From a bacterium (GTDB lineage: Bacteria; Patescibacteriota; Minisyncoccia; Moranbacterales; GWC2-37-73), in the NCBI GenBank assembly GCA_003251635.1, contig QKEW01000001.1:15588-79587 (forward strand): a DNA stretch of 64,000 bases. Reading direction: 5' to 3'. The first letter of the stretch is position 1. Every line of letters starts with the position of its first letter. The notes under the pieces are model-generated. The model did no database searches and had not been told where the DNA came from. It saw only the letters and a program-made list of their open reading frames with translations. This document shows, one piece after another, positions 49,112-59,442 of the stretch. The position numbers and the translations under genes are program-made.

Positions 49112-51070
49112 ATGCGATTTGAGATTGATTCAAAATTTCAACCTTCCGGTGATCAGCCGGGAGCCATCAAGGAATTGACACAAGGATTGAAAGACGGACA
49201 GCGTTTTCAAACGCTTTTGGGTGTGACCGGATCAGGTAAGACATTTACGATGGCCAACGTGATTGAGGCGGTGCAAAAACCCACTTTGGTAATTGCGCCC
49301 AATAAAACCCTGGCCGCTCAGCTGGCTCAAGAATTTCGCTTGTTTTTTCCCAAGAATTCGGCGGAATATTTCGTATCCTACTATGATTACTACCAACCGG
49401 AAGCTTATATTGCATCATTCGGAGCTTACATTGAAAAAGAAGTTCAAATCAATGAGGAGATTGATCGGTTGCGTCATGCGGCGACGGCCGCTTTGCTTTC
49501 GCGGCGCGACGTGGTGATTGTGGCCTCAGTTTCTTGCATCTATGGTTTGGGCTCGCCGGAATATTACAAAAAAGGTACGGTTGAAGTGATCGTTGGTCAG
49601 AAAAACAGTCGGGAAAAAATTATGCAAGGCTTGATTGAGATGCAATATCAACGATCGGAGATTTTGGAACGCGGAAAATTTCGAGTAGTTGGCGATGTGT
49701 TGGAAGTGATCATGCCTGGACGGGAAGTGATCACTCGGATTGAATTGGAAAGTGGCAAAGTCGCGTCGATTCGGGAATATGATTTTTTAACCGGTGAAAA
49801 ATTGGGACAATTGGAGAAAACTTTGATTTTTCCGGCCAAGCACTTTGTGGTGCCGGAAGAAATTTTGGAAAATTCATTTGAGCAGATCGAGCGTGAAGCA
49901 ATCGAGCGGGAAAAATTTTTTACTAAAAATGGTCAGAATTTGGAGGCGGAAAGAATTCGCCTGAGAACTCGGCATGATTTGGAAATGATGCGTGAAATCG
50001 GCTATTGCAATGGAATTGAAAATTATTCGCGTTATTTGACCGGACGAGAAGCTGGGGAAGCGCCTTATACTTTGCTGGATTATTTTCCTGAGGATTTTTT
50101 GTTGATCATTGATGAGTCGCACGTGACAATTCCGCAATTGGGCGCGATGTTCAATGGCGACAAATCGCGTAAAAATTCTTTGATCGAAAACGGTTTTCGT
50201 TTGCCAAGTGCCTATGATAACCGCCCGTTGAAATTTGAAGAATTTGAAGGCAAGATCAATCAAGCTATTTTCACTTCAGCCACTCCGGGAAATTATGAAA
50301 AGAAAAACTCAAGCCAAATTGTGGAACAGATCATTCGTCCAACCGGTCTTTTGGATCCGCAAATTGAAATCAAACCGGCTCGAGGGCAAGTCAAAGACGT
50401 GTTGGGTCAAATTGAGAAAGTGGTTGAAAAAAACCAACGGGTTTTGATCACGACTTTGACCAAGAAACAGGCTGAAGATTTGGCGGAATTTTTGCGGGAA
50501 AATGAAATTAAATCTGAGTATTTGCATTCCAATGTGGATACCTTGGATCGAATTCGAATTTTGGAAGGCTTGCGGCGCGGTGAGTTTGACGTTTTGGTGG
50601 GAGTCAATCTGCTACGCGAAGGTTTGGATTTGCCGGAAGTTTCTTTGGTGGCGATTTTGGATGCGGACAAGGAAGGGTTTCTGCGCAGTGAAACTTCTTT
50701 GATTCAGACCATTGGTCGAGCGGCTCGCAATGTCAATGGCAGAGTGATTCTCTATGCGGATGCCCCAACCGGTTCAATGAAAAAAGCCATTGGGGAAACC
50801 GAGCGTCGGCGCCAATTGCAAATGGACTACAATCAAAAACATCACATCACGCCCAAAACGATTGAGAAAAAAATCCAGTCAATTGTGGATCATGAAATCA
50901 ACCCGCAAATGGTCCAAGACTTTTCTCACTTGGAATCTTTGGAAAATATTGGAGCCTACATCAAGCAGAAAGAAAAAGAGATGAAGACGGCGGCCAAGAA
51001 TCTGGAATTTGAAAAAGCCGCCCTGATTCGAGATGAGATTTCCCAGTTGCGCAAATTGCAACTTAACTAA
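49112..51070 (+). CDS. uvrB: Excinuclease ABC subunit B
   Basis: P.GDQP, GVTGSGKT, YYDYYQPEAY, DESH, GVNLLREGLD and FEKAA..RD. Confidence 0.98.
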   Translation: MRFEIDSKFQPSGDQPGAIKELTQGLKDGQRFQTLLGVTGSGKTFTMANVIEAVQKPTLVIAPNKTLAAQLAQEFRLFFPKNSAEYFVSYYDYYQPEAYIASFGAYIEKEVQINEEIDRLRHAATAALLSRRDVVIVASVSCIYGLGSPEYYKKGTVEVIVGQKNSREKIMQGLIEMQYQRSEILERGKFRVVGDVLEVIMPGREVITRIELESGKVASIREYDFLTGEKLGQLEKTLIFPAKHFVVPEEILENSFEQIEREAIEREKFFTKNGQNLEAERIRLRTRHDLEMMREIGYCNGIENYSRYLTGREAGEAPYTLLDYFPEDFLLIIDESHVTIPQLGAMFNGDKSRKNSLIENGFRLPSAYDNRPLKFEEFEGKINQAIFTSATPGNYEKKNSSQIVEQIIRPTGLLDPQIEIKPARGQVKDVLGQIEKVVEKNQRVLITTLTKKQAEDLAEFLRENEIKSEYLHSNVDTLDRIRILEGLRRGEFDVLVGVNLLREGLDLPEVSLVAILDADKEGFLRSETSLIQTIGRAARNVNGRVILYADAPTGSMKKAIGETERRRQLQMDYNQKHHITPKTIEKKIQSIVDHEINPQMVQDFSHLESLENIGAYIKQKEKEMKTAAKNLEFEKAALIRDEISQLRKLQLN

Positions 51071-51176
51071 TTTGGACAGGGTTAAGATGCAATGCGCCCT
51101 TTATTATTGTTTTTTACCCTGAAAATGTGTACAATAGAAGTGTCTTTGATTTTTAAAAAAAATTAGAAAAAATAAG

Positions 51177-52076
51177 ATGAGTATTGATGGCAGTGAAGAC
51201 ACAAGAAAAACGCCAGGCGATTTTTATTCCAAGGCTTTTTCTCGAAATATTGGTTTATTAAGTAAAAAGGAGCAAGACACTCTGAAAAAATCAAAAATTG
51301 CAATAGCGGGACTTGGTGGTGTTGGGGGTAACTATTGTTTAAGTATGGTCAGGACTGGTTTGGGAAATTTTTCTATTGCCGATTTTGATTCTTTTGAGGT
51401 TGCTAATATTAATAGGCAAGCCGGCGCTGAGGTGGATACTTTTGGGCGAGCTAAATGTGAAGTTATGGCGGAAAAAATATTAGCAGTTAACCCTCACGCT
51501 GAAGTTGAAAAGTTCTCAAAGGGTATAAACGAGGACAACATGGATGAATTTTTGCAAGAAGTCGATGTTGTTTTGGATGGTTTAGATTTTTTTGCAATCA
51601 AAGAAAGGTTGTTGCTTTTTCGTAAAGCTAGAGAAAAAGGGATTTTTGCGATAACTTCGCCCCCGGTTGGTTTCGGGGCGGCTTTATTGGTTTTTGATCC
51701 TAAGGGGATGAGTTTTGAGGATTATTTTGATATTCAAGCTGGAATGGAGGAAAAAGAAATGTTATTTCGTTTCGGAATTGGATTAACCCCGTCATTTATA
51801 CAAAGAGCCTATTTTCGTCCAGATTCAATAGATTTGTCTGGCAAAAAAACTCCATCTCTGAGTATTGGGACTCAAATGTGCAGTGCACTGGTTTCTTGTG
51901 AGGTTGTTAAGATAGTTTTAGATAAAAAAATTCGAGCTGTTCCTTGCTCTACTCATTTCGATCCCTATGTTCAAAAGTATAGGAAAATATATTTGCCTTG
52001 GGGAAACAGAAACCCCAAACAATTATTTAAGAGATGGGTAATTAAAAAAATTCTTAAAAATAGTGGGAAAATATGA
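51177..52076 (+). CDS. ThiF/E1-like adenylyltransferase of the type found beside N-acyl amino acid synthases
   Basis: AFSRNIG, IAIAGLGGVGG, IADFD.FE..N.NRQ.GA, DGLDFF, FDP.GMSF.DYF and GNR.P.Q. Confidence 0.9.
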   Translation: MSIDGSEDTRKTPGDFYSKAFSRNIGLLSKKEQDTLKKSKIAIAGLGGVGGNYCLSMVRTGLGNFSIADFDSFEVANINRQAGAEVDTFGRAKCEVMAEKILAVNPHAEVEKFSKGINEDNMDEFLQEVDVVLDGLDFFAIKERLLLFRKAREKGIFAITSPPVGFGAALLVFDPKGMSFEDYFDIQAGMEEKEMLFRFGIGLTPSFIQRAYFRPDSIDLSGKKTPSLSIGTQMCSALVSCEVVKIVLDKKIRAVPCSTHFDPYVQKYRKIYLPWGNRNPKQLFKRWVIKKILKNSGKI

Positions 52077-52741
52077 AAGAGGCTAAAAAATTTAAAAGAA
52101 GTAGTAAAATTCTAATAAAAGCGCGATATTTTGTTGGGGATTTGGTGATCTTCATGAGTCAGATATTTTTATATGTATCTGTTTCCAGAATACTTCGTTT
52201 TTATTTTAAGGCTAATAAGAAAATTGATTATCCGAGCAAGTCTATAAAAAATGGATCCTTGATAATCTCCAATCATCAATCAATGCTGGATCCCTTTGTT
52301 ATTACAGCCTACCTGCCTTTTAGGGATTTTTTGAAAATAATTCCAATAAGATATCCAACTAGTCATAGACATTTTATGAAGATGCCGTTTTTAGCTTTTT
52401 TTGGAGCTTACAGTATAGGGGGAGATAAAAGAAGTAAGATGTTGAAACTTTTTCTTACTAGAGAACATTTGGCCAGAGGAAGAAGTATAATGCTATTTCC
52501 TGAGGGTAAAATTTGTTATAATCCCAATGAGGGAATGAGTGAATTTCAAAAAGGTGTAACTTTTTTAACAGATATTGCCAACAACGTTTTGATTGTCAGA
52601 ATGGAGGGATTTCATAGTTGTGACTGGATTAAGCTTTGGCGAAAGCATAGGAGTATGGCTTTTAGTGATCTATATAATTTCCAGGGAAAAGATAAGGACG
52701 TCAACGATTTAAAGGAATGTCTGGAACAGTTACCTGTCTAA
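52073..52741 (+). CDS. PlsC-like lysophospholipid acyltransferase
   Basis: SNHQSMLD (NHxxxxD) and LFPEG motifs. Confidence 0.85.
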   Translation: MKEAKKFKRSSKILIKARYFVGDLVIFMSQIFLYVSVSRILRFYFKANKKIDYPSKSIKNGSLIISNHQSMLDPFVITAYLPFRDFLKIIPIRYPTSHRHFMKMPFLAFFGAYSIGGDKRSKMLKLFLTREHLARGRSIMLFPEGKICYNPNEGMSEFQKGVTFLTDIANNVLIVRMEGFHSCDWIKLWRKHRSMAFSDLYNFQGKDKDVNDLKECLEQLPV

Positions 52742-52762
52742 TTAATTCGTAAAGATACTGTT

Positions 52763-53452
52763 ATGGAAATCGCAAATTGTTCTAGGTGGAATGATTCGTG
52801 CGTGAATAAATACTTTTCTATTGAGGAAAAAAAGACTTTTGAAGGAATGGATTTTGCTAGAAAAAATGATTGGATTTTGGGTCGAATTGCAGCTAAGCGA
52901 GCAGTAGCAAGACTTTTGGTAAAAAAATTTTCCCTAAGAATTGCTCATAATGATGTTAATATAGTTTATTTAGAAAGTGGCAAACCGCAGGTTGAAATTT
53001 TGAATCTTGAGATTAGCAAAAAAATAATAGAATATGGACTTGAGAATAATATTGATATTTCCATATCTCATTCTGGATCAATAGCTTTAGCGGCAGTTTC
53101 AATTATGAGTGAAGATGGCTGCGTGGGGATTGATATTGAAAGAGAGAGGAAATTTTCTTCACAAGTAAGGGGAGCATTTTTAAATAAAGAAGATGAGATT
53201 GTTATTTCCAGAAAACCGCCGGTAAATTTGAACAAGATGGTAACTTTTTATTGGTGTGCCAAAGAAGCATTTCTTAAGGCTAAAGGAGTTGGTATTAGGC
53301 AGCATCCAGCCACAGTAAGTCTTTTTTTTCAAGAAAAAAATTGTGGAAAAATTATTGATAAAACGGAACCTTCGATCAAAGCTTTTTTTCAAAGAATAAA
53401 TTTTTCGAAAGGGCATGTGGCGGCTGTAGTGAATATTGCATCTAAGTATTGA
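52763..53452 (+). CDS. Sfp-type 4'-phosphopantetheinyl transferase
   Basis: GR.AAK, SGKP, SISHS, VGIDIE and WCAKEAFLKA.G.G. Confidence 0.9.
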   Translation: MEIANCSRWNDSCVNKYFSIEEKKTFEGMDFARKNDWILGRIAAKRAVARLLVKKFSLRIAHNDVNIVYLESGKPQVEILNLEISKKIIEYGLENNIDISISHSGSIALAAVSIMSEDGCVGIDIERERKFSSQVRGAFLNKEDEIVISRKPPVNLNKMVTFYWCAKEAFLKAKGVGIRQHPATVSLFFQEKNCGKIIDKTEPSIKAFFQRINFSKGHVAAVVNIASKY

Positions 53453-53493
53453 TAGGTAATTTTTATAAATCGTCGGAATAAAAAATAAAAACT

Positions 53494-53724
53494 ATGGATA
53501 AGATAACGGAGAGGGTTTATGAAGTTATCAACAAAACGCTGGAGGGTGAAAAAAAAGTTTTAACGTTGGAAGCTAAAATAGAGGATATATGCAAAGACTC
53601 AATTCAAATATTTGGTTTGATAATGGCATTTGAAAAAGAATTTCAAAAAAAAGTAACTTACGAAGATTTAATAAGCATTGAAACTGTCGGAGATGTTATT
53701 GATTACATAAGAACCAATTATTAG
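53494..53724 (+). CDS. Acyl carrier protein
   Basis: 76 aa, with DS attachment site (KDSIQ), FEKEF and TVGDVIDYI. Confidence 0.88.
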   Translation: MDKITERVYEVINKTLEGEKKVLTLEAKIEDICKDSIQIFGLIMAFEKEFQKKVTYEDLISIETVGDVIDYIRTNY

Positions 53725-53727
53725 AAA

Positions 53728-54510
53728 TTGAAATTTATGAAGTTAAAAAATATAACTAAAACAACTATGATTTTTTTTACATTTTTGATTATTGGTATAG
53801 TTCTTTTCCTGACTTTAAATGGGTTTTTTAACGGATTTAGTTTTAAGCTCAAATATGGTACTCTTTCTTTTTTTGGAACCAAGGAAAAAATGAACACCTT
53901 AAATCAGGAAAGTATTACTGATTCCAAGAATGGAAATGAAATTGCAACAATTATAATTCATGGAGCTGGAGCCAGTTATTACAAAGATGTTTATGGGATG
54001 ACTGTTTGGCTAAAAAGTCAGGGTTTTAATCCGATTTCATTTGATTATGATTATAAGGATTCACCGGATATTTCCGCAGAGAAACTAGCGGAGTTCGTTG
54101 ACGAGGTGCTTGTAAAAACTGATAAAAGTAAAGTTAATATTTTAGGATTATGTTTGGGTGGTTTGCTTGCTAAATACTATGTGCAAGAATTCAATGCAAG
54201 TGATAAAATTGAGAAATTCGTTTCTGTTGTTTCACCAGCAAAAATTATTCCAAAAAAAGAACCAGCTTACCAATATAATAAATTCTTTTCTTTTGATCCG
54301 GAGCCTTGGAATTTTGTTTTAAAGGAATTGGAAAATAAAAATCCAATCGATAATCATCTTTATATTTATTGTAAAAAAGATTTATTAGTTCCAAGTAAAT
54401 ACCAATTTTCTCAAGAGGGAAATTATCTGGGCTTAAGTTGTGGACATTCTTTCATAAATTCTAATCCGGAAATATTAAATAGGACTGTCGATTTTTTTCA
54501 GAAAAAATAA
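53728..54510 (+). CDS. Membrane-anchored alpha/beta-hydrolase with Cys nucleophile
   Basis: N-terminal TM, IIHG, GLCLGG elbow, KKDLLVP and CGH. Confidence 0.75.
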   Translation: MKFMKLKNITKTTMIFFTFLIIGIVLFLTLNGFFNGFSFKLKYGTLSFFGTKEKMNTLNQESITDSKNGNEIATIIIHGAGASYYKDVYGMTVWLKSQGFNPISFDYDYKDSPDISAEKLAEFVDEVLVKTDKSKVNILGLCLGGLLAKYYVQEFNASDKIEKFVSVVSPAKIIPKKEPAYQYNKFFSFDPEPWNFVLKELENKNPIDNHLYIYCKKDLLVPSKYQFSQEGNYLGLSCGHSFINSNPEILNRTVDFFQKK

Positions 54511-54529
54511 AAACAATAAAACCTTACTA

Positions 54530-55723
54530 ATGTTTAGCAGGATAAAAATATTATTATCTTTTGCACTCCGAGATATATCCAAAAGTAGGACTACTTTAAT
54601 ACTGACAGTTTTTAGTTTGACGGCTATATTTACGGCAGTTATTTTGTCCACTAGTATTTTGGATGGTTTTCAAGCTACTTTGCAAAATGGTTCAATAAAC
54701 ACTGGCGGTCATCTCACTGTAAAACCAGCAAAAGGTGAGAATATAAAAAATATAGATTTGGTTCAAAATGATTTGGGTCTCAATGAAGAGATTGAAGGCT
54801 ACAGCACAAGGAGTCATGCTGGCCTTATTATGGAAATTGACGGATCTTTTAAAGGGGTTGGATATGCAGCATTAGGGGTGGATCCCATGATGGAAAGAAG
54901 TGCCTCGCAAGTTCCAAATTACTTGGTATCTGGACGTTATTTGCTTCCATCTGACGAGAGAAGCGTGGTTATTGGTGTCACCTTGGCTGATTTGTTGTCT
55001 GGCTTATTATATGACGGAAAAGAAATAAGTGTTGGTGAAGAGGTGAGATATATTTCACCTCTGACTGGCAAAGCTAGAGACTACACGGTAGTGGGGATTG
55101 TTGATACTAAATATTTTCATTCAAATTGGAGTTCTTATTTTCCTAAAAAAGAATTGGAATGGCTAGATAATTCTAAAAAGGATAGTGAAATTATAGTTAG
55201 GTTAAAGGACCCAAGTAATATTGAAGATCAGCGACAGGTTTTACAAAATGAACTGAATGGCGAAAAAGTTTTTACCTGGAATGAAAAAGAGGGATATATT
55301 TTTAACATAGTAATGGCTATTAAGTTTATTACGGGAAATATAAGTAATCTCTTGATAATCACAGCCTTTGTTATTGTTAGCGTTATTATTTACATAAATG
55401 TGTCACAGCGACGCAGGCAAATTGGAATAATAAAATCAATGGGAGCTAAAAATAGTTTTGTAGTGGCTATTTATATGGTAGAGGCTTTGGTTTATTTTAT
55501 ACTTTCTTTTTTGTTGGCTTTTTTGGTTTTTTTGTTAATCCACATTTTTTTTGTGAATAATCCAATACCTTTGCTTATTGGAGATTTTCGCACCGTAATT
55601 GTTAAAAGCGATATGGTAAAAATATTTTTTATTCTTATTTTATCAACAATTTCTGGTAGCATGATTCCGTCTTATATTGCTGCTAGAACGCAGATTGTTA
55701 ATGTTTTAAGAGGGGAATCCTGA
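54530..55723 (+). CDS. FtsX/MacB/LolC-type ABC permease
   Basis: One TM, a large extracytoplasmic domain (V.GR.L), RRQIGIIKSMGA, then three TM. Confidence 0.88.
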   Translation: MFSRIKILLSFALRDISKSRTTLILTVFSLTAIFTAVILSTSILDGFQATLQNGSINTGGHLTVKPAKGENIKNIDLVQNDLGLNEEIEGYSTRSHAGLIMEIDGSFKGVGYAALGVDPMMERSASQVPNYLVSGRYLLPSDERSVVIGVTLADLLSGLLYDGKEISVGEEVRYISPLTGKARDYTVVGIVDTKYFHSNWSSYFPKKELEWLDNSKKDSEIIVRLKDPSNIEDQRQVLQNELNGEKVFTWNEKEGYIFNIVMAIKFITGNISNLLIITAFVIVSVIIYINVSQRRRQIGIIKSMGAKNSFVVAIYMVEALVYFILSFLLAFLVFLLIHIFFVNNPIPLLIGDFRTVIVKSDMVKIFFILILSTISGSMIPSYIAARTQIVNVLRGES

Positions 55724-55730
55724 TGAGCTT

Positions 55731-56930
55731 ATGAATTATTTTATAAGTAAATTTAGAATAATTATTTCTTTCGCTCTGAGAGATTTTTCTAAGAGTCGTT
55801 TTGTTTTGATGTTTACAATTATTGGTTTAAGCTCAGCTTTTACAGCTGTGTTTTTATCTAGGGGTATTTTGGACGGCTTTCGAACTACCCTGGAGAGTGG
55901 TGCTGTTGATGTCATTGGACACTTGATTGTATATCCTCAAGAAGGGGAGGATGAAATAGAAAAGGTTGATTCACTAATCGAAAAAATAAAAAAGATTGAT
56001 AATGTTCAAGCTCTTAGTCTTAGGAATCAGACGTTTGTCATGCTTGAATACAAGGGTCATGTCCCCGGTTCCTATACTGGATTGGGTATAGATTTTAAAC
56101 AAGAATCTCAAACAACTAAATTGCCATTTGATATTGTTGAGGGTAGATTCTTGAGTGGAAAAGATTCCAAAGAAATAGTTATTGGTCAAAATTTGGCAGA
56201 CGCTTTGGTGGATCTAGAGTATGATGGCGAGAAAGTTCCAGTTGGTGCTAAAGTTCAAGTCATAACAACTTCAGGTCAAAAAATTTCCTATAAGGTGGTT
56301 GGAATATTGGATGGTAAAACATTTGTTCCAAATTGGATGGCGTATTTCAATAAGGATGAGATGGAAAGAATTGAGCCTCAAACTAAAAATAATCAAATCA
56401 TAATAAAATTGAAAGACGAAAATTTTTTGGAGGAAACTAGAGAATTGATTCAAAGTCAGAATCCAAATGTTAGAGTTAGGACTTGGCATGAGGAAGCTAC
56501 TTATGTAGATGACATGGTTTTGGCGACTCAATTTATAACAGGTTCAATTGTAGTCCTTTTGGTTATTTCAGTGATAATAGTTACCAGTGTGATCATATTT
56601 ATCAATGTTTATAATCGTCGTCGCCAAATTGGTATTTTGAAATCAATGGGGGCCAGTAATCGTTTTATTATTATAATTTATTTAAGTGAAGCTCTTCTTT
56701 ATTCAACAACTGCTTTTATTTTTGGATTTTTATTTTTCATGTTGATTAACATAAAGTCAATTGAAAATCCTATCCCTCTATTGATTGGAGATTTTCACAC
56801 AGAATTTAACTCGCGCGATATTGTCCCCCTAGCTTTGATTTTTGTGGTTGCTACTTTTGGAGGTAGTTTATTTCCCGCTTTGTCTGCAGCTAAAACTCGT
56901 ATAGCTGATGTTTTGCGAAATGTTATATAA
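55731..56930 (+). CDS. FtsX/MacB/LolE-type ABC permease (paralog)
   Basis: Same architecture; RRRQIGILKSMGA and NPIPLLIGDF shared with the upstream paralog. Confidence 0.88.
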   Translation: MNYFISKFRIIISFALRDFSKSRFVLMFTIIGLSSAFTAVFLSRGILDGFRTTLESGAVDVIGHLIVYPQEGEDEIEKVDSLIEKIKKIDNVQALSLRNQTFVMLEYKGHVPGSYTGLGIDFKQESQTTKLPFDIVEGRFLSGKDSKEIVIGQNLADALVDLEYDGEKVPVGAKVQVITTSGQKISYKVVGILDGKTFVPNWMAYFNKDEMERIEPQTKNNQIIIKLKDENFLEETRELIQSQNPNVRVRTWHEEATYVDDMVLATQFITGSIVVLLVISVIIVTSVIIFINVYNRRRQIGILKSMGASNRFIIIIYLSEALLYSTTAFIFGFLFFMLINIKSIENPIPLLIGDFHTEFNSRDIVPLALIFVVATFGGSLFPALSAAKTRIADVLRNVI

Positions 56931-56979
56931 TTTATTATTATATATTTGTAAGCATAATTTTAAAATGAAGTTTAAATAA

Positions 56980-57675
56980 ATGGAAGCTTTGGTAAGCATT
57001 AGAAATGTTTTTAAAGAATATGTTATGAGCAGCCAGTTGACGATACCGGCTCTTAACGGAATTAGCCTGGATATAATCAAAGGCGAATTTTTGGCGATTA
57101 CTGGTCACTCTGGCTCAGGAAAAAGTACCTTGCTGAATTTGCTGGGACTTTTAGATGATCCTACTCGGGGTGAAATATATTTTGCGGGAAGTGACATTCA
57201 TAATTTTACAGAAAAACAAAAAGTCAGCTTTCGTCTTAATGCTATAAGTTTTGTTTTTCAATTTTTTAATTTAATAGAAAATTATACTGCTGTTGAAAAT
57301 ATTAGTTTTCAATTATTATTGCAAGGATATAGTGGAAGGGAGGCAAAAAATAGAGCTAGGGAAATTATTGATTTTCTTGGACTTTCCGATAGGGCTTCAT
57401 TTTTTCCTCATGAGCTTTCTGGCGGGCAACAACAAAGAGTGGCGATTGGTCGCGCCTTAGCCAAAGACTCTTTGCTTATTTTGGCTGATGAGCCCACAGC
57501 CCATCTTGATTCCAAGAATGGAGAAGCCATTATTGAACTTTTACATGATATAAATAAGCAATTCAATCGCACAATAGTGCTTGTTACCCATGAAAAAGAA
57601 GAGGCTCGTCACTCTGACAGAAATATTATGATGCGTGATGGAAAAGTGGTGAATATAGTCAATGTGCAAAAATAA
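56980..57675 (+). CDS. LolD/MacB-type ABC ATPase
   Basis: GHSGSGKST, LSGGQQQRVAI, ILADEPT and VTH. Confidence 0.93.
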   Translation: MEALVSIRNVFKEYVMSSQLTIPALNGISLDIIKGEFLAITGHSGSGKSTLLNLLGLLDDPTRGEIYFAGSDIHNFTEKQKVSFRLNAISFVFQFFNLIENYTAVENISFQLLLQGYSGREAKNRAREIIDFLGLSDRASFFPHELSGGQQQRVAIGRALAKDSLLILADEPTAHLDSKNGEAIIELLHDINKQFNRTIVLVTHEKEEARHSDRNIMMRDGKVVNIVNVQK

Positions 57676-57869
57676 TTTTCTCAAATTTCTTTTCAGGCAA
57701 AAAATATGCTACAATATTGAAAATAGTAGTTTTTTAAACTCTATTAAAATCGATTATATTTCAGGAATATTTTTTGCTTTTGTTGCTGGCACCTTTTGAT
57801 TGCTAATGGAGAATTTTAAGTTATATGATTCGATTTTTGATTTAATTCGTTGCAAATTAAACATCATTG

Positions 57870-59429
57870 ATGAGTAATTTTGTAAAGTGGATTTTGATTT
57901 TGTTCTTGCTTGCGGCTATTGGATCCGTATTTTTTTGGTATTTCTTTATTTTTAAAAAAGCTGACAGTTCCGATGTTGATGAAATATCAGAGGAAACTTA
58001 TGTCGAAGTTGGGCCAGTTAAAAAAATTATTGAAATAGATGATGCTCGAGTGGCTTCCGATGACTCTTTTTCACTGGCTTTTCCGGTTAGTGGAAAAATA
58101 GAGAAAATTTATAAGCATGAGGGTAAATTTGTTTTTGAAGGAGATGAAATTGTTAAGTTGGAGACAACCGAGTTGGAGCTTCAATCTAAAATTTTGCAAA
58201 CAAAGCTATTGGCGGCTCAGGCTAATTTGGATAAGCTTTATGCTGGTGCGGTAGAGGAATATAGAAATTTAGTTGACGAGGAGTTATCTGGCGCTAAATA
58301 TGGTTTGGCAGAAGCTAGCAAGGGGGTTGTGAATGCAATTCAGGCTCTTGCCAATCAAATTGACGATGCTGTTAGGGGTAAGACGGATGAACTTTTTTCC
58401 GGTCCAAGAAGTTCAAATCCACAACTACTGGTGACTATTGGAAATTCAGATTTAGAGAATGATATTGAAGGGGGTAGGGCTGAATTAGAATCGGATATGG
58501 ATGATATTGTAGATATGGCAGAATCAATAAAGACGTCTGATGATCTTGAGAAAAAAACCTCCAAGGCAAGAAAGATTACTGAAAACACCCAAGAATATTT
58601 AACCAAGCTAGCCTCCTTGATTAATCAGTTAAGTGTTTCGGGTGAACTAACTCAGGACCTGATTGATAGATATAAATCTGAGGTTTCTTTGGCTCGGACT
58701 CAGGTTAACACCGCTGTCGCATCTCTGGGTTTGGTAATGGAAGATTATTCGGAACTTGAGGTTGATAGAAAAGTGGCTAAAAGTAAATTGTATTTAGTTG
58801 AAGCTAATCCTCGAGTTGAGGATATAACTATAGCTCAAGCTGGGATTGATGAAATAAGTATTCAAATAGATATTTTAAATAATCACATTAAGGATTCCAC
58901 TATCAAGGCAAGTAAGGCTGGTTTTTTAAAGAAAATATTTTTTGACGAGCAAGAGATAATCCCAGAAGGTGTTCCGGAGGTTATCTTGGAAAGTGTAGAT
59001 CTTTATGTAGAAGCTGATATTCCAGAGGAGAATATTTCAAAAATCGATAGTGGGGTTATCGCGACTGTCAAATTCGAAGCGATAGGAGGAAAACAATTCA
59101 AAGGCGAAGTTGAGCTTATTGAGCCTTACGCCATAGAAAAAGATGGTGATGTTTTTTATCGTTCTCATGTAAGGATTGATGATCTTGATTCTGGGGTGAG
59201 GGTTGGGATGACGGCTGAGGTTTCCATTGAATCATTAGAGGATATTTCATCCTTGAGAATTCCTATTGGATATGTTATTGATCGCGGAAGTAAAAGTTTC
59301 GTAATAGTTTCAAAGGGTTTGGTAAGGGAGGAGGTTGAAATAGAAAAAGGCATAGAAGACGAAGGTTTTATTCAGGTTCAAGGAGGTCAAATAAGTGAAG
59401 GGGATAAAATCATTTTTCCAAAAATTTAA
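57870..59429 (+). CDS. Membrane fusion/periplasmic adaptor protein with long coiled coil
   Basis: N-terminal TM, LAFPVSGKI lipoyl half-motif, long helical hairpin and RVGMTA. Confidence 0.85.
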   Translation: MSNFVKWILILFLLAAIGSVFFWYFFIFKKADSSDVDEISEETYVEVGPVKKIIEIDDARVASDDSFSLAFPVSGKIEKIYKHEGKFVFEGDEIVKLETTELELQSKILQTKLLAAQANLDKLYAGAVEEYRNLVDEELSGAKYGLAEASKGVVNAIQALANQIDDAVRGKTDELFSGPRSSNPQLLVTIGNSDLENDIEGGRAELESDMDDIVDMAESIKTSDDLEKKTSKARKITENTQEYLTKLASLINQLSVSGELTQDLIDRYKSEVSLARTQVNTAVASLGLVMEDYSELEVDRKVAKSKLYLVEANPRVEDITIAQAGIDEISIQIDILNNHIKDSTIKASKAGFLKKIFFDEQEIIPEGVPEVILESVDLYVEADIPEENISKIDSGVIATVKFEAIGGKQFKGEVELIEPYAIEKDGDVFYRSHVRIDDLDSGVRVGMTAEVSIESLEDISSLRIPIGYVIDRGSKSFVIVSKGLVREEVEIEKGIEDEGFIQVQGGQISEGDKIIFPKI

Positions 59430-59442
59430 TTAAATAGATTGT

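Noticed and set aside
51177-52076. ThiF as a RiPP (MccB-type) or ubiquitin-like defence enzyme
   Set aside because: No precursor peptide, Ubl, E2 or JAB gene is seen; the ACP/FeeM/nitroreductase context fits acyl-amino-acid chemistry better.
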